DNA of 62,582 bases, counting the filler, from Chiloscyllium plagiosum (Eukaryota), in the NCBI RefSeq assembly GCF_004010195.1. It is 4 parts of one record of this genome, joined end to end, with 100 filler letters (N's around TTAATTAATTAA, not from the genome) between each part and the next. Parts side by side here need not be neighbours in the genome. Positions count along the whole stretch, not along the records: positions 34,389 to 54,713 come from NC_057713.1; positions 54,814 to 62,582 come from NC_057713.1; 2 more parts are not named here. One strand, written 5' to 3'. A program made the position numbers and the translations under genes. Positions within the stretch are counted from its first letter, which is position 1, and the number at the start of each line of letters is the position of its first letter. Below, one piece after another: positions 51,701-62,582 of this stretch. The notes under the pieces are model-generated. The model was given only the letters and a program-made list of their open reading frames with translations, ran no database searches and had not been told where the DNA came from.

Positions 51701-51972
51701 GATATATTTCTCAACCCCATTCCCCCAACTTTTCCCATAACCCTTGATCCTTTTACCAATCAAGAAACTATTCTTGTTTTAAATACACTTACTGTCTTGG
51801 CCTACACAGCTCTCTTCGGCAATGACTTACCATCCCCCGGCTGAAGAAATAACTTCACATCTCAGGTCTAAAACGTTGTCCTTTCACTCTGAGGCTGTGC
51901 CCTCAGTCCCGAGCCTCTTGTACTCACAGAAACATCATCCTCATGTCCACTCTATCCAGGTCTGTCAGTCTG

Positions 51973-52262
51973 TTAGATTAGATTCCCTACAGTGTGGAAA
52001 CAGGCCCTTTGGTCCAACAAGTCCACAAGAGCAACCCACCCAGGCCCATTCCCCTACATTTACCCCTGCACCTAACACTACGGGCAATTTAGCATGGCCA
52101 TTTTTGGACTGTGGGAGGAAACCGGAGCACCCGGAGGAAACCCACGCAGACATGGGGAGAATGTGCAAACTCCACACAGACAGTTGCCCGAGGCGGGAAT
52201 TGAACCCGGGTCCCTGGCGCTGTGAGGCAGCAGCGCTAACCACTGAGTCACCGTGCTGCCCC
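51973..52262 (-). mobile_element. HE1-type V-SINE directly downstream of the tRNA-Pro pseudogene
   Basis: V domain and A/B boxes; small internal deletion. Confidence 0.88.
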
Positions 52263-52270
52263 TAAGATAT

Positions 52271-52360
52271 GGGCTCGGCCGGGATTTGAACACGGGATGC
52301 CTCGCAAGTCTGCGCAATAGAAGACCCAAAGCTAGAATTGTACCCCGAGACCAACAGACT
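52271..52360 (-). pseudogene. tRNA-Pro(TGG) pseudogene with an 18-nt intron at position 37/38 (52307-52324)
   Basis: Minus strand reads agtctgttggtctcggggtacaattctagctttggg[tcttctattgcgcagact]tgcgaggcatcccgtgttcaaatcccggccgagccc. The two 36-nt halves align without gaps to the canonical vertebrate tRNA-Pro with about 13 substitutions; the acceptor stem is broken. Confidence 0.85.
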
Positions 52361-53101
52361 ACAAATAACGTGTACAGAGATCTTATTACACACCTCTGCT
52401 GCATGCTGCAAATTCAATCAGATTCCGCAACCCCCTCCCCTGCCACCAATAATCATTCCAAAATTCGAGTACAGACATAGATCCTTAACCACTCATCATA
52501 TGCAAGTCCTTCATACCTGGGATTGTTCTTGTAAACACATGGACCTCTCCAAGGCCAGCACAGCTTTCCTTAGATGTGCCCCAAAACTGCTCACAATTAT
52601 CCAAATGCAGGCTGACCAGAGCCTTATACAGTCTCAGCAGTACATCCCTGCTCTTGTATTGCAACCTTCTTGAAATGAATGCTAACATTGCATTTGCCTT
52701 CCCAACTGCCACTGAACCTACACATTAACCTTAAGGGAATCCTGAATTAAGACTTCCAAGTCCCTTTGCACTTCAGATTTCTGAAGCCTTTCCACGTTTA
52801 GAAAAAGATCTATGTCTCGATTCTTCCAACCAAAGTGCATAAACTTTCCCAATCTCCTTGCCTGTCCTTTTGCAGTCTTCGCGCTTCCTCAACATTACCT
52901 ATTCCTCCACCTATCTTTGTGTCACCTGCAAACTTAGCGACAATGCCCTCAGTTCCTTCATCCAGATTATCAATGTATAATGTGAATTGTTGTGGTCCCG
53001 GCACTGACCCCTGAGGAACTCCACTAGTTACTGGCTGCGATCCTGAAAAAGATCCTTTATCCCCACTCTGCCTTTTGCCAGTCAGCTAATTCTCTATCCA
53101 G

Positions 53102-53262
53102 AGGAGAAATGAGGACTGCAGGTGCTGGAGACCAGAGTCAAGAGTGTGGTGCTAGAAAAGCACAGCAGGTCAGGCAGTATCTGAGGAGCAAGAGAATCGA
53201 TGTTTCGGGCATAAGCCCTTCATGCTGCCTGACCTGCTCTGCTTTTCCAGCACCACACTCTC
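53102..53262. mobile_element. Fold-back PLE-repeat insertion (family 1), inverted inside the hammerhead core
   Basis: 14-bp TSD aattctctatccag (53088-53101, 53263-53276); turn at agcccttcat|gctgcctg. Confidence 0.82.
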
Positions 53263-53354
53263 AATTCTCTATCCAGGCCAGTAAACTACCCTGAACAATA
53301 TGAGCTCTTATGTAGCAGCCTCTTGTGTGGCACCTTGTCACCTTCTGAAAATCC

Positions 53355-53400
53355 GAGTTGAGACTGTAGTGCTGGAAAAAGTACAGCAGGTCAGGCAGTG
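53355..53400. mobile_element. 46-bp PLE-repeat fragment with a 15-bp TSD
   Basis: accttctgaaaatcc at 53340-53354 and 53401-53415. The insert is gtgctggaaaaagtacagcaggtcaggcag-type family 1 sequence. Confidence 0.75.
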
Positions 53401-53699
53401 ACCTTCTGAAAATCCAAATACAGTAGATCACATCCATTGGCTCTTCTTCATCAAACTTGCTCATTACCTCATCCAAGGATTCTCACTGATTTGTCAGGCA
53501 TGACCTCCCCTAACAAAGATAAATATGCAGGGAAAGATTAAAGAAAGCTAGCTGGAAATATTAAAACATATAGTTAGACTTGCTATAAGTATTTTTAAAA
53601 GAAATTAACAAACTGGTCCTACAGAAAGTAATTCCGGAGAATTAGGTCATAAGGCCATAAAATATACGAGCAGAATTAGGCCATTCATTAATATTTATA

Positions 53700-54412
53700 T
53701 ATTGACAAGGTTCCACATGTTAGACTGGTTAGTAAAGTTAGATCACGTGAGATTCAGGGTGGGTTTGCCAATTGGATACAAAATTGGCTTGACAGTAGGA
53801 GATAGAGGGTGATGGTGGCAGGTTGTTTTCTGTGACTAGTGGTGTACTGCAAGAATCAGTGCTGGGTCCACTGCTGTTTGTCATGAAACAAACCATTTGG
53901 CTAACAATATAGGAAGTATGGTTTGTAAGTTTGTAGATGACATAAAAATTGGTGGTGTGGTAGATATTGCATAAGGTTATTTCAGATTACAAAGTGATTT
54001 TGATCAATTGGGCCAATGGGGAAGTTGAGGGGTGACTTTACAGAGGTTTATGAGGGACATAGATAAGATGAATAGCAAAACCCTTTTCCACAGGTTTGGG
54101 GAGTCCAAAATTAGAGGGCATACTTTTAAGGTCAGATGAGAAAGATTTCAAAGGAACCTGACAGGCAAATTTTTCACACAGAGGATGGTGTGTGTGTGTG
54201 TGTGTGTGTGTGTGAAATGAACTGCCAGAGGAAGTGGTAGATGCAGATACAATTACAACACTCAAAAGACATTTGGATAGATACATGAATAGGAAAGGTT
54301 TGGAGAGATATGGGCCAAACACAGGCAAATTGAACGAGTTTAGTTTGGGAAACTCAGTCGGCATGGATGAGTTGGACCCAAGGGTCTGTTTCCATGCTGT
54401 TTGACTCTATGA
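53700..54412 (+). mobile_element. CR1 RT/3' fragment with an internal (TG)n expansion at 54188-54213
   Basis: DKVPH and KFVDD motifs; gactctatgac tail. Confidence 0.8.
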
Positions 54413-54815
54413 CCTATTCCGCCATTAGCCATGCGGCTGATGCAGCTGCCACCCCCACGCTGATTGATGATGTCACTTCTGCCCCCATCATGGCCACTCC
54501 CACAACCACTTCCACCACTCACAATTCCTCATGCATCACACGTGACATCACTTCCGCCCCTCACATAATCGCTGATGCCACATGCTCAGTGACTTCCGCC
54601 ACCCCTACTGCCATGTCTGCCACCACTTCCGACCCCACCAGCGCCACTCACCTGCATTCTGCTGACACGCCCCCCACAGACCCCACTGTCACTATCCCCA
54701 CCCCCCAGAACCCNNNNNNNNNNNNNNNNNNNNNNNNNNNNNNNNNNNNNNNNNNNNTTAATTAATTAANNNNNNNNNNNNNNNNNNNNNNNNNNNNNNN
54801 NNNNNNNNNNNNNCA

Positions 54816-55355
54816 GGGGGTAAGACTGAGGGGTGGGTCGGGGTCAGACTGAGGGGTGGGTCGGGGTCAGACTGAGGGGTGGGTCGGGGTCAGACTGAGG
54901 GGTGGGTCGGGGTCAGACTGAGGGGTGGGTCGGGGTCAGACTGAGGGGTGGGTCGGGGTCAGACTGAGGGGTGGGTCGGGGTCAGACTGAGGGGTGGGTC
55001 GGGGTCAGACTGAGGGGTGGGTCGGGGTCAGACTGAGGGGTGGGTCGGGGTCAGACTGAGGGGTGGGTCGGGGTCAGACTGAGGGGTGGGTCGGGGTCAG
55101 ACTGAGGGGTGGGTCGGGGTCAGACTGAGGGGTGGGTCGGGGTCAGACTGAGGGGTGGGTCGGGGTCAGACTGAGGGGTGGGTCGGGGTCAGACTGAGGG
55201 GTGGGTCGGGGTCAGACTGAGGGGTGGGTCGGGGTCAGACTGAGGGGTGGGTCGGGGTCAGACTGAGGGGTGGGTCGGGGTCAGACTGAGGGGTGGGTCG
55301 GGGTCAGACTGAGGGGTGGGTCGGGGTCAGACTGAGGGGTGGGTCGGGGTCAGAC
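54816..55355. repeat. 23-bp perfect G-rich minisatellite, about 23 copies
   Basis: Unit ggggtcagactgaggggtgggtc. Confidence 0.97.
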
Positions 55356-55380
55356 AAGCCCCGGTCTCTCACTCACTCAC

Positions 55381-55640
55381 CGCCGTCGCTCGAGCCTCGC
55401 TTCGGGTTAGTGTCCCGGAGCCGCGAGCGTCGCCCGATGGCGGGAGACACTCCAACCGGCACCAGGCCCCGCCTCCTGGAGGAACCCACGAGATGACCAC
55501 GCCCCTCCCTCGGCACGCCTGCACCAGGCTCCGAGCCCCGCCCTTTCAGTACGCCACCGACCACCCGGCCACGCCCCCTACCGCACCTTGCCCCGCCTCC
55601 CGTGCTCCAAGCCCCGCCCACCCCACTATCAGACTCCACT
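55381..55640 (-). promoter_or_regulatory. CpG-rich promoter with clustered GC boxes and a probable non-coding first exon (donor at 55381/55380)
   Basis: The only CpG-dense stretch of unique DNA. About six CCCCGCC/CCACGCCC Sp/KLF sites at 55467-55620. Minus-strand CGGCG|GTGAGT donor, with no ATG in the exon-proximal part. Confidence 0.7.
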
Positions 55641-55784
55641 GATATAAAGAGTGTACCAGAATGTGTTAACTTACAACCTGCCACATGGACAAACACGTTC
55701 CTCAACCTCTCCACTACACTGCTACAGCAGCTTCTCGCACATTCACCTTGCCCACACCATTAATCCTGGAATAAAACAAAAAAA

Positions 55785-56100
55785 AACCTGCAGATCTGTA
55801 AAAGAACCAGAAATTGCTGTAAAAACTCAGCAGGTCTGGCAGCATCTGTGAGGGAAAACCAGAGTTAACATTTCAAGTCCAGCAACTTTTTTTTTCAGAA
55901 CTGACTGTAGCTAGGAAAAAGTGGCGTATGGAGGAAGGTGGTGAAGGAATGCACAGATAGGAAAATATGGAGCTCAGAGAGCGACAACAAAATTTAGGCA
56001 AAGGGATTGATGTTATTATAACAAAGAGAAGGAAAAAACTGATAATAGGGACCATAAATAGGTGAAAATGGGTTGCCTGTGCTGAAAGCAGAGCAGAGCC
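55785..56100 (-). mobile_element. Old PLE-like terminal repeat fragment
   Basis: ctcagcaggtctggcagcatctgt motif shared with family 1, followed by purine-rich sequence. Confidence 0.5.
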
Positions 56101-56289
56101 CTCAAGTGAATGAGAAAGATGCACTGGCACCAATTTGAAGACATCTCCATGCTTCTCTGGGCAGTATTTATCCCCCAACCAATACTATTACAAGATTGTC
56201 TGCTCAGTAACTTTGCTGTGCACAAATTAACGTGTTTCCTAACATTACAAAAGCTCAAATGTCTGATTGGTTATATAATAAATAGGTTA

Positions 56290-56590
56290 GGACAGCACGG
56301 TGGCACTGCTGCCTCACAGTGCCAGAGACTCGGGTTCAATTCCCACCTCAGGCAACTGTCTGTGTGGAGTTTGCACATTCTCCCCGTGTCTGCGTGGGTT
56401 TCCTCCGGGTGCTCCGGTTTCCTCCCACAGTCCAAAAATGTGCAGGTTAGGTGAATTGGCCATGCTAAATTGCCTGTAGTGTTAGGTGAAGGGGTAAATG
56501 TAGGGGAAATGGGTCTGGGTGGGTTGCAAAGGGTCGGTGTGGACTTGTTGGGCCGAAGGGCCTGTTTCCACACTAAGTAATCTAATCTAA
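56290..56590 (+). mobile_element. HE1-type V-SINE (A-box region deleted)
   Basis: V domain and tail. Confidence 0.88.
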
Positions 56591-56621
56591 TGTCCTTTGT
56601 TGTAAAAAGAACTATATAACT

Positions 56622-56843
56622 GTGAAAAATACTGCAGATGCTCGAAATCTGAAACAAATACAGAGCATGCTGGTGAATCTTAGCAAGTCTGGCAGCATCT
56701 GTGGAGACAAAAATAACTTATCAATCTTGAATGGTTGTCTTTCTTTCAAATATTTCCGCAGATCTGACGAGTCTTTTGGACTCAAAATATTAATTCTGTT
56801 TCTCTCTCCACAGTTAGTGCCAGACTTTATGAGTTTCTCCAGC
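56622..56843. mobile_element. Old fold-back PLE-like repeat
   Basis: ctgcagatgct...ctggcagcatctgtggaga / tctctccacag..gccagact inverted arms; decayed ctgacgagtc..gactcaaaa core. Confidence 0.55.
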
Positions 56844-57292
56844 GCCATACAAAGGTATAAACTTTCTCATTAACTTGTGGCCCTGAAGTTCAAAACTTTG
56901 CAACCTCTAATACATTCAGCTTCCACTTTCATTATTCTCTGACTAAATAACTCCATACAGTCAACATTCAAAGACACTTAGTTATTGGGATCCAAAGAAA
57001 CGATGGAATATAGCCAAACACTATTTTTCCAACAGTTGATGTTGTAATGGTTCACCCGCCACTAAATATTTTCCCAATCACATGTCAATCCAGCTGTTTT
57101 ATTTTCAAAAACAATATCCACAGCATTAATCTTAAAACCATAAGACTATAAGATATCAGAGCAGAAATTAGGCCATTCAGCCCATCGAGTCTGCTCTGCC
57201 ATTCAATCACGGCTGATAGGTTTCTCAACCCCATTCTCCTGCTCTCTCCTGCATTCTCTTGATCCCTTTGATACTCAAGAGCCTTTTTTTTT

Positions 57293-57610
57293 AAGATTAG
57301 ATTAGATTACTTACAGTGTGGAAATAGGCCCTTCGGCCCAACAAGTCCACACCGCTCCGCCGAAGCACAACCCACCCATACCCCTACATTTGCCCCTTAC
57401 CTAACACTACGGGCAATTTAGCATGGCCAATTCACCTGACCTACACATCTTTGGACTGTGGGAGGAAACCGGAGCACCCGGAGGAAACCCACGCAGACAC
57501 GGGGAGAATGTGCAAACTCCACACAGTCAGTTGCCTGAGGCAGGGGAATTGAACCCAGGTCTCTGGTGCTGTGAGGCAGCAGTGCTAACCACTGTGCCAC
57601 CGTGCCGCCC
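57293..57610 (-). mobile_element. HE1-type V-SINE inside a CR1 3' fragment
   Basis: V domain, A/B boxes and (agatt)n tail. Confidence 0.9.
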
Positions 57611-57799
57611 ACCGTGCCAACCTATTTATCTCAGTCTTAAATATATTTAATGATCTGGCCTCCACAGACTCCGATGGTAATGAATTACACACATTCACCA
57701 CTCTCTTATCCCCATTCTAAAATATCTTCTAAGGCTGTACCCTCAGGTCCTAGCCTCTCCTACCAACGGATGCATCTTCCCAACTCCACTGAGTCCAGG

Positions 57800-58910
57800 T
57801 CGGACTGATTAGGGATAGTCAACATGGCGTGGGAAATCACATCTCACAAACTTGATTGAGTTTTTTGAAGTAGTAACAAAGAGGATTGATGAGGGCAGAG
57901 CGGTAGATGTGATCCATATGGACCTCAGCAAGGCATTCGACAAGGTTCCCCATGGGAGACTGGTGAGCAAGGTTAGATCTCACGGAATACAGGGAGAACT
58001 AGCCATTTGGATACAGAACTGGCTCAAAGGAGAAGACAGAGGGTGGTGGTGGAGGGTTGTTTTTCAGACTGGAGGCCTGTGACCAGTGGAGTGCCANNNN
58101 NNNNNNNNNNNNNNNNNNNNNNNNNNNNNNNNNNNNNNNNNNNNNNNNNNNNNNNNNNNNNNNNNNNNNNNNNNNNNNNNNNNNNNNNNNNNNNNNNNNN
58201 NNNNNNNNNNNNNNNNNNNNNNNNNNNNNNNNNNNNNNNNNNNNNNNNNNNNNNNNNNNNNNNNNNNNNNNNNNNNNNNNNNCTTTCCTTTATTGGTCAG
58301 AGTATTGAGTACAGGAGTTGGGAGGTCATGTTACAGCTGTACAGGACATTGGTTAGGCCACTGTTGGAATATTGCGTGCAATTCTGGTCTCCTTCCTATC
58401 GGAAAGATGTTGTGAAACTTGAAAGGGTTCAGAAAAGATTTACAAGGATGTTGCCAGGGTTGGAGGATCTGAGCTACAGGGAGAGGCTGAACAGGCTGGG
58501 GCTGTTTTCCCTGGAGCATTGCAGGCTGAGAGGTGATCTTATAGAGGTTTACAAAATTATGAGGGGCTTGGATAGGGTAAATAGGCAAAAGTATTTTTCC
58601 TGGGGTCGGAGAATCCAGACCTCGAGGGCATAGATTTAGGGTGAGAGGGGAAAGATATAAACGAGACTTGAGGAGCACCTTTTTCACACAGAGGGTGGTA
58701 CGTGTATGGAATGAGCTGCCAGAGGTAGTGTTGGAGGCTGGTACAATTGCAACATTTAAGAGGCATTTGGATGGGTATATGAATAGGAAGGATTTGGAGG
58801 GATATGGGCCGGGTGCTGGCAGGTGGGACTAGATTGCGACGGGATATCTGATCGGCATGGATGGGTTGGACCGAAGGGTCTGTTTCCATGCTGTACATCT
58901 ATTCTCTATG
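57800..58910 (+). mobile_element. Relatively young CR1 (HER1-like) 3' part
   Basis: MDLSKAFDKVPHGRL and LEYCVQFWSPSYRKDV motifs; same subfamily as 41719-42925. Confidence 0.9.
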
Positions 58911-59788
58911 TATCAGATAGAGTTTAGAAGGATGAGGGGGGATCTATTGGGTATAAACCCAGAGTCCTCAAACGTTCCTCATACGGTAAGCTCTTCATTT
59001 TTGGGACCATTCTCGTGACCTCCTCTGAACACGCTCCAGAGCCAGTACATCCTTCCTGTGATACGGGGCCCAAAACTGCGCACAATTTTCTGTTAGAAAT
59101 CTCTACGTATCAACAATAACTTGCAGTTATGTATCATCTTTTGAGACATTAGAACATACATAGGTTGTTCATAGGAGCTTTACTAAAATACAATTCAACA
59201 TCCAGCCACCTATGTAGACATTGGAGCAAATTATCAAAAGCTTGGTTAAAAAGATAGGTTTTAAGTGGCATATGAGAGAGAAAGAGAGAGAGAGAGAGAT
59301 GGGGAGAGGGAGAGGGGGAGACAGTTATGGAGCAAATTCCAGAGCACAGGCCAATCTGGGTGACTAATGCAGTTTGGGGAAGAAAATCTGTAATCCTTAC
59401 CTGGTCTGGCCTCCATGTGACACCAGACACACAACCCTCAAATATCTGAGCAACTCGCTCAGTTAAAAGACAGTGAAGGATGGACAACAAGACAAGACCA
59501 TCAGATACATGGGAACACCACTCCCTGCACCTTCCCCTCTGAGCTATTCACCATCTTGACGTGGAAATATATTGCTGTTCCTTCAGTATCACTGGGTCAA
59601 AATGTCTCTCTAAAGGCATTGTGGGTCTAACTATAGCACATTGACTGCAACAGTTCAAGAAAGTAGCTCACCATCACCTTTAACGGTAATTAGGGCTGGA
59701 CAACATATGTCGGCCTTGCCAGTGACGCCTACCTACATTCAAAAGAATAAAAGAAAGGGAAGGTTTGGCTAAGGTCAATCAGCTATGA

Positions 59789-60238
59789 GTCGAAGAGTAT
59801 GGTGCTGGAAAAGCACAGCCAGTCAGGCAGCATCTAAGGAGCAGGAGTGTCAACGTTTCGAGCATAAGCTCTTCATCAGGAATGAGGGGTAGCCCAAGGG
59901 TACTGAGAGATAAATAGGAGGGAGTTGGGGCGGGGGAAGAGGATGGTAGTTAGGAACACAATAGATAGATGAAGGTAAGGGTGAAGGTGATAGGTCAGAG
60001 AGGAGGGTGGAACGGATAGGTGGGAAGGAAAATGGACAGGAAGGACAGTGCTGAGTTGAAAGGTTGGATCTGGGATAAGGTGGGGGGAGGGGAAATGAGG
60101 AAACTGGTGAAATCCACATTGATATCATGTGGTTGGAGGGTCCCAAGGCAGAAGATGAGGCATTTTTCCTCCAGGTGTCAGGTAGTTAGAGTTTGGCCCA
60201 AGACTTGCATGTCCATCTGCAGTCCTCATTTTCTCTTA
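59789..60238 (-). mobile_element. PLE 3' fragment with a hammerhead motif (59852-59879)
   Basis: CUGAUGA-A-GAGC-UUAU-GCUC-GAAA-CG-UU. Degenerate 15-bp TSD gtcaatcagctatga/gtcaatctgccatga. A short inverted terminus lies at about 60213-60236. Confidence 0.78.
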
Positions 60239-62352
60239 GTCAATCTGCCATGATCTCACTGAATCATGAGTCAGGCTCAATGGGTCATATAGTGTCATCT
60301 GCTCCTATTTCAAATGTTCTAGAACTCCTATGACTTCAGAGAAGACATTTCCTCGAATTCCTTTCAGCTGAAAAGGAAGATGGTTGTAGGCCTATGGAAA
60401 AGCAAAGTTGGAGTCGTACAGATCCTTCAAAGAACCAACACAGGCACAGCAGGCCGAGTGGCCGCCTCTTACACGCTATAGCGTATTCTTTAGCCATTCA
60501 TCACAGACATATTAGATACAATATGAACAATACAAACCGCTTCTTGCTTTGAGATGAAAAGAACACAATTGCTGAGTGTAATACATGCAGTTCTGGATAA
60601 CTCGGTTACATCTTTCACCTTCTGTAATAGTCGGGGAGGTAATCCTGCAGCAAAACATCAAATGAAGAATTAATCAATGAGTGCTGACATCCAGCTTAAC
60701 TGTAGCTAGGCTTAAAATGCAACAATTTGCAAGCTTGATGCACATATGACAACTTGTTTTCTAGGCCCCTATTTCTGAAGCCCAATGTCCTATTTCTGAA
60801 GCCCATATGTCTTTTTAGCTCAATCTGTGGCCATAAGTACCCAGCTCCCTCTGTTAGTGCACCCCATATTTTATATTGTGTTCATCCTACCAAAATAAAT
60901 CATTTCACACCCCTCTGCATTAAATTTCATCAGCCACTTGTCAACCCATTCCACCACCTTGTCTATGTTCTTTTGAATTTGCACATTATCGTCCTCACTG
61001 CTTGCAGTGTTTCCTCATTTAACATTCATAAATTCTGAAATTGTGCCCTCTACACCAAGGTCTAGAGTGTCATATCAGGACGAACAACTGATCCTGCATC
61101 CTTATCCCTGGAGAACCAGGGATCCAATCTCTCTTGCTTATCAATTTTCTGAACCACCCCCTCTTTCTCCATGGCCTAAGCAGTATTTTCTTTTCAATAA
61201 AGACAAATGCAAAGCATGCATTTAATACCCCAGTCATGCCCTACATTCCCTTTATTGGTCCCTAATCAACTTCACTGCTTATAATTGCACCCTTTTACTG
61301 TTTAGAGGTCTATAGATGACTTCTGGATTGTCTTTTAAGCTGACTACCATTTTGATAGTTTGCTTTCAGAATTCAATTACATAAAAGAGCATTCAGAGGA
61401 CAATTAGCAGGATGCTGTCAGGGCTGGAGTGTCTGACGTTTCAGGAAAGGTTGGGGTTGTTTTTATTGGAACAGTGAAGGTTGACAGGGGACCTGACTGA
61501 GATGTCTAATTTTATAAGGAGCATGGATAAGGTGGTTGGGAAGGCACTTTCACTATTGCTAGAGGAGTCAATAACCAGAGGACATAAGTTTAAGGTAAAA
61601 GATAAAGGCGGAGGAGGAGAGTGGAGCAGTAAGTTTTCGTCCAGAGGTGAAGGAGTCTGAAATTCACGTAACATTTAAGCAGCATTTAGATATTCATTTT
61701 GCATTGCCATATTCCCAGGTCCAAGGTCCAAGTGATGGAAAATGGTCTTTGTTGATCAGGATAAACAGAAATGCTGAAAGGCCTCCTTCTGTCCTCGACA
61801 TAGCAAAGAGTTTACAATTCCATTTTGCACCTTCTCTTCGCAGCCTGATTCTCAAGTTTATTATCCACATTATCAACTGTTATAACCGCACTTTTCCAAA
61901 TCATTTGGAATCGGAACAGACCAGACAGGGAGAAAACATTTCTGTTGGCAGAGGGTAGAGATCCAGAGAATATTTTTATGCCTGTACAGAATGAGCTGCC
62001 AGAGGTGGTGGTGGAGGCTGGTACAATTACAACATTTAACAGGCATCTAGATGGGTAAATGAATAGGAAGGGTTCAGAGGGATATGGAATCAAACGCTGG
62101 CAAACAGGAGTAGATTAATTTTGGATATCTGGTCAGATGGATGAGTTGGACCAAAGGGTCCGTTTCCGTGCTGTACAACTGGACGCCTCTAACAAGGATT
62201 TAAGGTGATTAGTAAATGTGAACATGGAATTTGGAACATGCTATTGGAGATTGTAATAGAGGCAGGTTCAATTGTATCTAGAAGATGCGCTAGGCAGATC
62301 CTGATTATGAAGTGGGGACACTCTTATGAGGAGAGGTTGAGTAGGTTAGGCG

Positions 62353-62582
62353 TGGTAAAAACAATGACTGCAGATGCTGGAAACCAGATTCTGGATTAGT
62401 GGTGCTGGAAGAGCACAGCAGTTCAGGCAGCATCCGAGGAGCAGTAAAATCAATGTTTTGGGCAAAAGCCCTTAATCAGGAATAAAGGCAGAGAGCCTGG
62501 AGCGTGGAGAGATAAGCTAGAGGAGGGTGGGGAGAAAGTAGCATAGAATACAATAGGTGAGTGGGGGAGGAGATGAAGGTGA
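62353..62582 (-). mobile_element. PLE 3' terminal repeat (same subfamily as 24152), running off the window
   Basis: ggtaaaaacaatgactgcagat...gggcaaaagcccttaatcaggaat; hammerhead core mutated. Confidence 0.78.

Larger units (their letters stand above)
51600..53520 (-). mobile_element. CR1 RT/3' fragment carrying several later insertions (SINE, tRNA block, two PLE repeats)
   Basis: AKFAGDTKIGG and KANAMLAFISR motifs; the sequence resumes after each insert. Confidence 0.8.

Overview
This is a repeat-dense vertebrate genomic window, almost certainly from an elasmobranch (shark), judged by its HE1-type V-SINEs, HER1/CR1 LINEs and characteristic satellites. It is stitched from at least four pieces joined by artificial N44-TTAATTAATTAA-N44 linkers. 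Two host genes are visible. On + lie three internal exons of an ERG-family K+ channel (best call KCNH2; S1-S6, pore and start of the C-linker). On - lie the last two coding exons and 3' UTR of anion exchanger SLC4A2/AE2, convergent with the channel across a 500-N gap. There is also a CpG/GC-box promoter with a non-coding first exon on - (about 55.4 kb), a few unidentified exon candidates, and an intron-containing tRNA-Pro(TGG) pseudogene. The rest is CR1, L1, Penelope-like elements (PLEs), SINEs and minisatellites, including a four-level nest (PLE > L1 > CR1 > SINE). The most striking unexplained structure is a population of about 12 short PLE-terminal-repeat insertions. Several have 8-16 bp target-site duplications, carry minimal type I hammerhead-ribozyme motifs, and fold back into long palindromes whose turning points cluster at the ribozyme.
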